Made by a program: the position numbers and the translations under genes. Positions 59,801-64,000 of a stretch of 64,000 nt of DNA are shown piece after piece; positions within the stretch are counted from its first letter, which is position 1, and every line of letters begins with the position of its first letter. The notes beneath the pieces are model-generated. The model was not told where the DNA came from. It saw nothing but the letters and a program-made list of their open reading frames with translations, and made no database searches. This stretch comes from Corallochytrium limacisporum Hawaii (lineage: Eukaryota; Protista; Pluriformea), in assembly GCA_002811645.1 (NCBI GenBank), contig PDIP01000003.1:248001-312000 (forward strand), given 5' to 3'.

Positions 59801-62395
59801 CTTGGGCATTTTTGCAAACAAGCTCTGCTTGGAAGCTGACTTTTTGGAGATCGGTGTGGAATCCCGAATGACACCTGTGGCGCCTGTCGCTCGTTTTCCA
59901 TCGTCTTTTGCAAGGTGAAGGGGGAAATCGATTGGAGTATGCCAATGGACACAATCAGCAGCAATTCGTGCCATCAGATATGACGCGCTTGTAATGGCTG
60001 ATAAGCCAGGATTCTGTGTGACACCAATAGCAGTCACGATCGCATCTCTCGCCATAAAGTAATCCCTTTGACGATAGCGAGCCTTTGCCAAGAGCATCCA
60101 ATATTTCGTCGATTTGACCATGAGGCTAATGTCATCCGCACCAAAACCGGCCATGACTTGACGAGTGCGTGTCTGAAGCCATGAATGCAGATGGCCAGTA
60201 GTCTTCGGGATTGCGCTCAACCCATCTCCCGTGTCAAAGGCATCCACCGCTGTCGTTGTCATAGACGTGGGACGAGTGCGCCTGGCACGATCGATCGCTG
60301 GACTGCCCCCTATACCTCCCTTCTTTCTGACTGGAATCTCATGGGCTTGTAGCAGCACCCTTGCGTCGGCATACCAACCGCGTTTCATGAGCGCATTTGC
60401 CAACGCCAAAACTGTAGAGAGTTTCGATTTGGCCGGCATCTTCTGCTCCAATAGGGATTGGAGAATTCTAATGCCTTGATGTTCTTTTCCCCCCAACACG
60501 CAGACTTGGGCAAGACGCATCTTCAATGTGGTTTCGATTGGATCCGCACGATTTCGCCGAACAGGTTGCTGTACAGAAGGAAGGAATTCCAATGCATCAA
60601 CTAAGATGGCTTCCGCCATGGTTGAAAAACCTCGTTCTGCCAACGTACGACTGGCCAGGAGGCTAACATGCATGATCTCGTTGACTTTGCTGGCCTTCTT
60701 CATGCCGTCCAAGATTCCCATGTAGTAGCCCAGAGATCGTGATGCGTCCCCGGATTCCGCGCTCAGTACTGCTAGTCGACGCAACCATGGCTCAATATCA
60801 TGCCGGAGTGACGAATAGATCTTCATAGCACCTTCAAACGCAGCCAATCCCAAAGTGTCTTTTCGATTGATGTACAACACGTTTCCAAACGCGATCAGAA
60901 TGGACGCACACATCTGTGAACTATACAGGTGATGTTGTTGGATGGATACAAGTAAGTCTGTATCCCTCTCCGCCTCTTCATCATGTGCCATGACAGCGTT
61001 AGCGACGTTGATGGCCTGCATCAACATTCGCTCTGCAGTCTGGGGATCGTTCTTGTCATACCACTCGTGCAAAGCCATCGCCAGTAGTCCCCGTATCGTT
61101 TCAATGGATGATCTGTCCACTTTCTCATATAAAGCCTTCAGGCATGTTATCCGATACTCGCCCCGCACTAAAACTTCAATGTCTGTTCCGATTACCAAGT
61201 CTAAATGAGGGACAGAAGAAGCCCGTCCCGATGCGGTGGAGTCCAGGCCCAGGTTATCAGCCACGTGACCGCTTCTATGAACAACAGCCTGGCCACCAAT
61301 TGGGGACACATCCTGAAGGGCCAGCTGTATGTTAGACAGGATCACAAAGGCATTGCGAGCCCCATCCGCTGTCGATTGATCGCAATGTTGATAGTGGGTG
61401 CACAGATTCACCAATAAAGCCTTGCCCACCTCCCAATCATTCATTAACATGCTGCGGTGTAAATTGAGCTCTATACTAACGATTGCCCACTCCATTGATT
61501 CCTCCCTTCGATCATCAGCATATTTCCTGAGATGATCCAAGATAATTGTCAACGCAAACTTTGTCCCTTCACCTTCGGTCACGGCGTCGACATATGGATC
61601 GGCAAGATCATCATTGCCCCCACCGCCTATATGGTTGTCATCCCTGAACGAATCGAAGATCGCATAGAGGGCATGGATTTGCTGCGGGCTGTCCGGAAAG
61701 GCTTCATCCACAAAGATCTTGATAGCAGCATTGCTTTCGATAATGGTTGTCTCGTCCAATACGGTCCACGCAGCATCTCGAAGCGTTTTACCGCTGTCGT
61801 ACGCAAAGTTCACACTTTCTGCAATCCATGAGATCTCCTCGTCATAGGTAGTAAAGGTCTGCGACGAGTGCGTGGTTGCGTTCCACGGAACAGTTGGCAT
61901 CCGACGTGAAGGTGACGATTCTGTGTCCTCATGTTCGAACGTGATATTCAAGATGTGTTTCTTGGGCAACCCGTACCTGTCATCCTTCTGTTCTACTATG
62001 GTCTGGTTCAGATTCTGTCTAAGAGTGTTCCGCATGTCCTGCGGAGTTACTGTGATGTTAAACTCTTGATCCCAGTCCTCGTCTTCATCGTTACTATTTG
62101 TGTCCAGCTCACTAGAAATCTTCAGCTTTATGGACCCGTCACCATCGAAGTCTGCTTCAAATCCATCCGCGTCGTTATCATGATCGTCAACCTCTACCCG
62201 AAGCACATTCAAAGATCCTACTGTACCTGGACCCACTTTAAATTCCGAGTCGAAATCTGTCGTAGAGTCCTCTATTCCACCGAAACTCGCACCGCGAGGG
62301 ATCGATCGACTGTTTCCAGGGCCCAGATCAAAGTCATTATCAAGGTCGTCGTCATTGCTCTCGGCATATTTTGATAAGGCTGCGCCCTCTGCCAT
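56804..62395 (-). CDS. Large TPR/alpha-solenoid protein (about 1863 aa), unknown function
   Basis: Uninterrupted 5.6-kb ORF with an acidic N-terminus, TPR-like helices, and a C-terminal LIPWESI..RWRSL segment. Confidence 0.8.
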   Translation of the reverse strand: MAEGAALSKYAESNDDDLDNDFDLGPGNSRSIPRGASFGGIEDSTTDFDSEFKVGPGTVGSLNVLRVEVDDHDNDADGFEADFDGDGSIKLKISSELDTNSNDEDEDWDQEFNITVTPQDMRNTLRQNLNQTIVEQKDDRYGLPKKHILNITFEHEDTESSPSRRMPTVPWNATTHSSQTFTTYDEEISWIAESVNFAYDSGKTLRDAAWTVLDETTIIESNAAIKIFVDEAFPDSPQQIHALYAIFDSFRDDNHIGGGGNDDLADPYVDAVTEGEGTKFALTIILDHLRKYADDRREESMEWAIVSIELNLHRSMLMNDWEVGKALLVNLCTHYQHCDQSTADGARNAFVILSNIQLALQDVSPIGGQAVVHRSGHVADNLGLDSTASGRASSVPHLDLVIGTDIEVLVRGEYRITCLKALYEKVDRSSIETIRGLLAMALHEWYDKNDPQTAERMLMQAINVANAVMAHDEEAERDTDLLVSIQQHHLYSSQMCASILIAFGNVLYINRKDTLGLAAFEGAMKIYSSLRHDIEPWLRRLAVLSAESGDASRSLGYYMGILDGMKKASKVNEIMHVSLLASRTLAERGFSTMAEAILVDALEFLPSVQQPVRRNRADPIETTLKMRLAQVCVLGGKEHQGIRILQSLLEQKMPAKSKLSTVLALANALMKRGWYADARVLLQAHEIPVRKKGGIGGSPAIDRARRTRPTSMTTTAVDAFDTGDGLSAIPKTTGHLHSWLQTRTRQVMAGFGADDISLMVKSTKYWMLLAKARYRQRDYFMARDAIVTAIGVTQNPGLSAITSASYLMARIAADCVHWHTPIDFPLHLAKDDGKRATGATGVIRDSTPISKKSASKQSLFAKMPKSFACNFELTQCAIDQFAAAREGYARLGDDIMSLKCWTLLADVIACSLFPPIVMDKISLERFSGTADMLEFHRGWLKDGIDSASLALELAVDKCLPFYVLHNYVNLAELNKIHGDEWKSQQYTLLFCNKFLLYFYNGEDITVASMSRSKLRKIEELLGRVCRLIAVSPPAIIEDHFLFFLLYQDANRAFRTSHLHLSRWNDEAGISDVASQLSSGSLGPRSQHGTTSSRRSQVPDILSELSNKTDSARSRNTTFLDAIRGNTLESSKARPALPEEFRGEDSPTTPDSSATPTRLDEDSGRSILRPSRTLGSGGHITSITDFVTAVDGSMEFFRAQWHRLKGNCKAFTKGEIPSNRDLKKRNREIIHRITGHMEELRSTKLLSSPMWTKVGAKAPPGSKLTITDSDGEFYEPVSLSRLREDLPVLKRTVITIQLDGHLVVVNLGDGSVAYTKMGGREYIDVKTVHRSTSGNLSASLWPNDMVTRVQIAMAANSNMTCLIDVSRQATVAETINAACGKDHDKKLFCSHTWEVATKTDQLSKMDLSHVSKFNGRSKAFEQIAKTKKIGEVFDIGEQANSPVKPLVLVIGPTESIGKSQAVSLRLIEMRGFGPRTSSLVSTPELIRLLNYTTETTFHVSEKETGAENSAHILSLQLAPLVNQINRIPGGRFALWHDPSVKAEVGGKKSLFASLLGNVFRSADSAAGRDSPRASAGSLTDANAVHIVCCHTSGLIPWESILEVMCVRWRSLLDLHRREETTAGDHSETRDGEVMRNLLHPCFLCPYHSNDVIEQTVPRSIVERERRSLMLNESLVHLGAISRYSNYDENNTNADLFCGGMVKKPGKMSLARRRLKNGALIDMSVSNYAIAIRDQLSDLFTGPVGPYIIVLTYNDLQQLTDSLVDQIVAAVLPNHTAPHAVPIYALFTTASGQRRILAGFKPSQKADMLDTADLQRLYRDPALYSAYLLDLVQGILGGAIPPVSVVPLVQRRTRIAVDRGSETLE

Positions 62396-63335
62396 TTTGA
62401 TTCTAATGTGATGCTTATCCACAGCAATTCTATCCCACGCCTGACGCACAAGTCATGTTCACAGTGACCCCGTACATTTTCCCCAAATTCATCTCTTCTA
62501 TAGTCTATTTCTGGTTGAAGGTCTCCTGCACGCTCACAACCGCGAATGCAATGACAACTTCGCGAGGTTTTCCCCGTCTTTTGATCTCGGTCGATCAACA
62601 AATAGCTCTCTAAGCACCCTGAACTGCACTTTTGCTACCATTCCACAACGAAACAGAGGTACTTTATTGTTTTCTCGGCTTACATATATCCCGCGCTTTG
62701 GTTGGCTGCCGCCTTGGAGACCCCACCTCTCTCTCCCCCCTCCCCCTTTCGGTTTCGAGAAAGGCCTTTCACTTCTTTCCTTCTACCGTCTCCTTCTGCC
62801 TCCGCTGCTTGGTAGCAAGCCGCTGCCTTGGACCCGGGAAGTGGCATTATATGACCCTTCTCCTTTTCCCGCCTTAAATTGCGCAGTCGGACGCAAAGGG
62901 AGAGGGCGACGCGCAAAGGAAAAATACGCGTGCATATAAAGTCCCCAGCGGCACACCAGAGGACGTCATGACCGGTGAACAGAGGGCGCGTCCGATTCTG
63001 GAGGCCAAAAATCGACTCCCCTTTCACAGACCCTTCCTCAAATTTCGCTGCGGAAGGGCGTTGATGGTGGTCCCGGTCTCTTGTGGCTGTTTCCGGACTG
63101 CGGGGGATGTCTCAGTGGCGAGACGGGGCACAGAGACGGGATCATCCCGGAACCAACGATAGGGTTGGTCTCTGGCAGAGGTCGGAGATGGAGCTATTCA
63201 AAGTAAGGTAGTTTAATGCGAAAGGAATTGAGTTGTTATCACATGGCATGCATGAAACAGTGACCGGAAATCTTGCATGAAAACAGACACGGATGTCCTT
63301 GTGACCATGATGTAGTCCTGCTGGTTTAGCCACCA

Positions 63336-64000
63336 ATGCAGTCCAATGAGTCGCTGCCACAGTCCGATGCGGGGAAAGACCCTAGTCATTCGGGACCAAG
63401 GCTGGGCAAAGCACCGTCATGTGCGTCTATACCTACCGTCAGCACCATACCTACAGTGTTGAACGAAAATGTAGTGCATCCTGCGGAGATGGCTCTGGCA
63501 AGCCAAACGGCCTTCGAGACTTTGCTGCGGGACGGTGAAGCAAACCTTCGTACTACTGGCATGCAATGGGCTGAATGGTGTCGTCAATTTCTAACAGAGT
63601 ACTGGAGAACGAAATGGACCACCGCTGTGGGATTCCTATTAATCATTATCGGGGCGGCTTTTCTGTTCGTGTGGTATTCAGAAGACGCAAGCGGACGGAA
63701 TTCTATTGTCTTGGCCGAAGCGATCATAGTCCTTACGTTAGGAACATTGGCGATTTGCGTTGATTTGAGAGAGACATCGCTGAAAATCGATGAATCAAGG
63801 CGTCGGTTGCTCTCGATCTTGGACAATGCACGAATAATCTTAAGCAGGTCGCGAACGTTTGTGTACAATGATGAATCAGAACGTTATCAGTCTAATAGTC
63901 GCAGTATTTCGACCATCCAAGTATACCGCGATAATCGTATCGTTTCACTACCTTCTAACTTGCTGGTCAAGGGCGATATTATTCTCTTATGTGTCGGAGA
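63336..64000 (+). CDS. TMEM94: TMEM94/ERMA-like P-type-ATPase-related membrane protein, 5' part (runs off the window)
   Basis: Manual translation from ATG 63336 is open to the window end. It has two TM helices, then VYRDNRIVSLPSNLLVKGDIILL (cf. RDG.LVNLP.SLLVEGDIIAL). Absent from the ORF track because no stop falls in the window. Confidence 0.8.
   Translation, partial: MQSNESLPQSDAGKDPSHSGPRLGKAPSCASIPTVSTIPTVLNENVVHPAEMALASQTAFETLLRDGEANLRTTGMQWAEWCRQFLTEYWRTKWTTAVGFLLIIIGAAFLFVWYSEDASGRNSIVLAEAIIVLTLGTLAICVDLRETSLKIDESRRRLLSILDNARIILSRSRTFVYNDESERYQSNSRSISTIQVYRDNRIVSLPSNLLVKGDIILLCVG

Noticed and set aside
1-64000. tRNA, rRNA, snRNA genes and CRISPR arrays
   Set aside because: No cloverleaf/T-loop, rRNA or repeat-spacer pattern seen in intergenic DNA by eye; small ncRNAs cannot be excluded without a covariance-model scan.

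Overview
Gene-dense, almost intron-free eukaryotic DNA with about 27 housekeeping genes and one 184-nt assembly gap (18531-18714). It mixes animal-like genes (hormone-sensitive lipase, ILVBL, dymeclin, TMEM94, CEP162, SMARCB1 with an N-terminal winged helix) with PMT and lumazine synthase. That mix, with near-zero intron density and a TACTAAC branch point, suggests an intron-poor unicellular holozoan such as Corallochytrium (inference only). Main highlights: (1) The only clear intron lies in HBS1. Alternative 5' donors share one acceptor read in two frames, predicting full-length Hbs1 (689 aa) and a GTPase-less Ski7/HBS1LV3-like protein (330 aa). The short protein's exosome-binding-like motif (FTTPSPE|DMV) is completed only by splicing, and its stop overlaps the GTPase ATG (AUGA). 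(2) A self-complementary poly-C/poly-G element recurs upstream of many genes and is absent from convergent junctions. (3) Lumazine synthase carries PTS2-like and PTS1-like peroxisomal signals. (4) There are two probable pseudo-GTPases: a GTPBP2-like protein with His->Ser and a degenerate septin. (5) There is a C2-coiled coil-polyproline-WH2 protein. (6) Several intergenic regions hold heavily decayed LINE-like fragments. All family calls come from motif recognition by eye; no searches were run.
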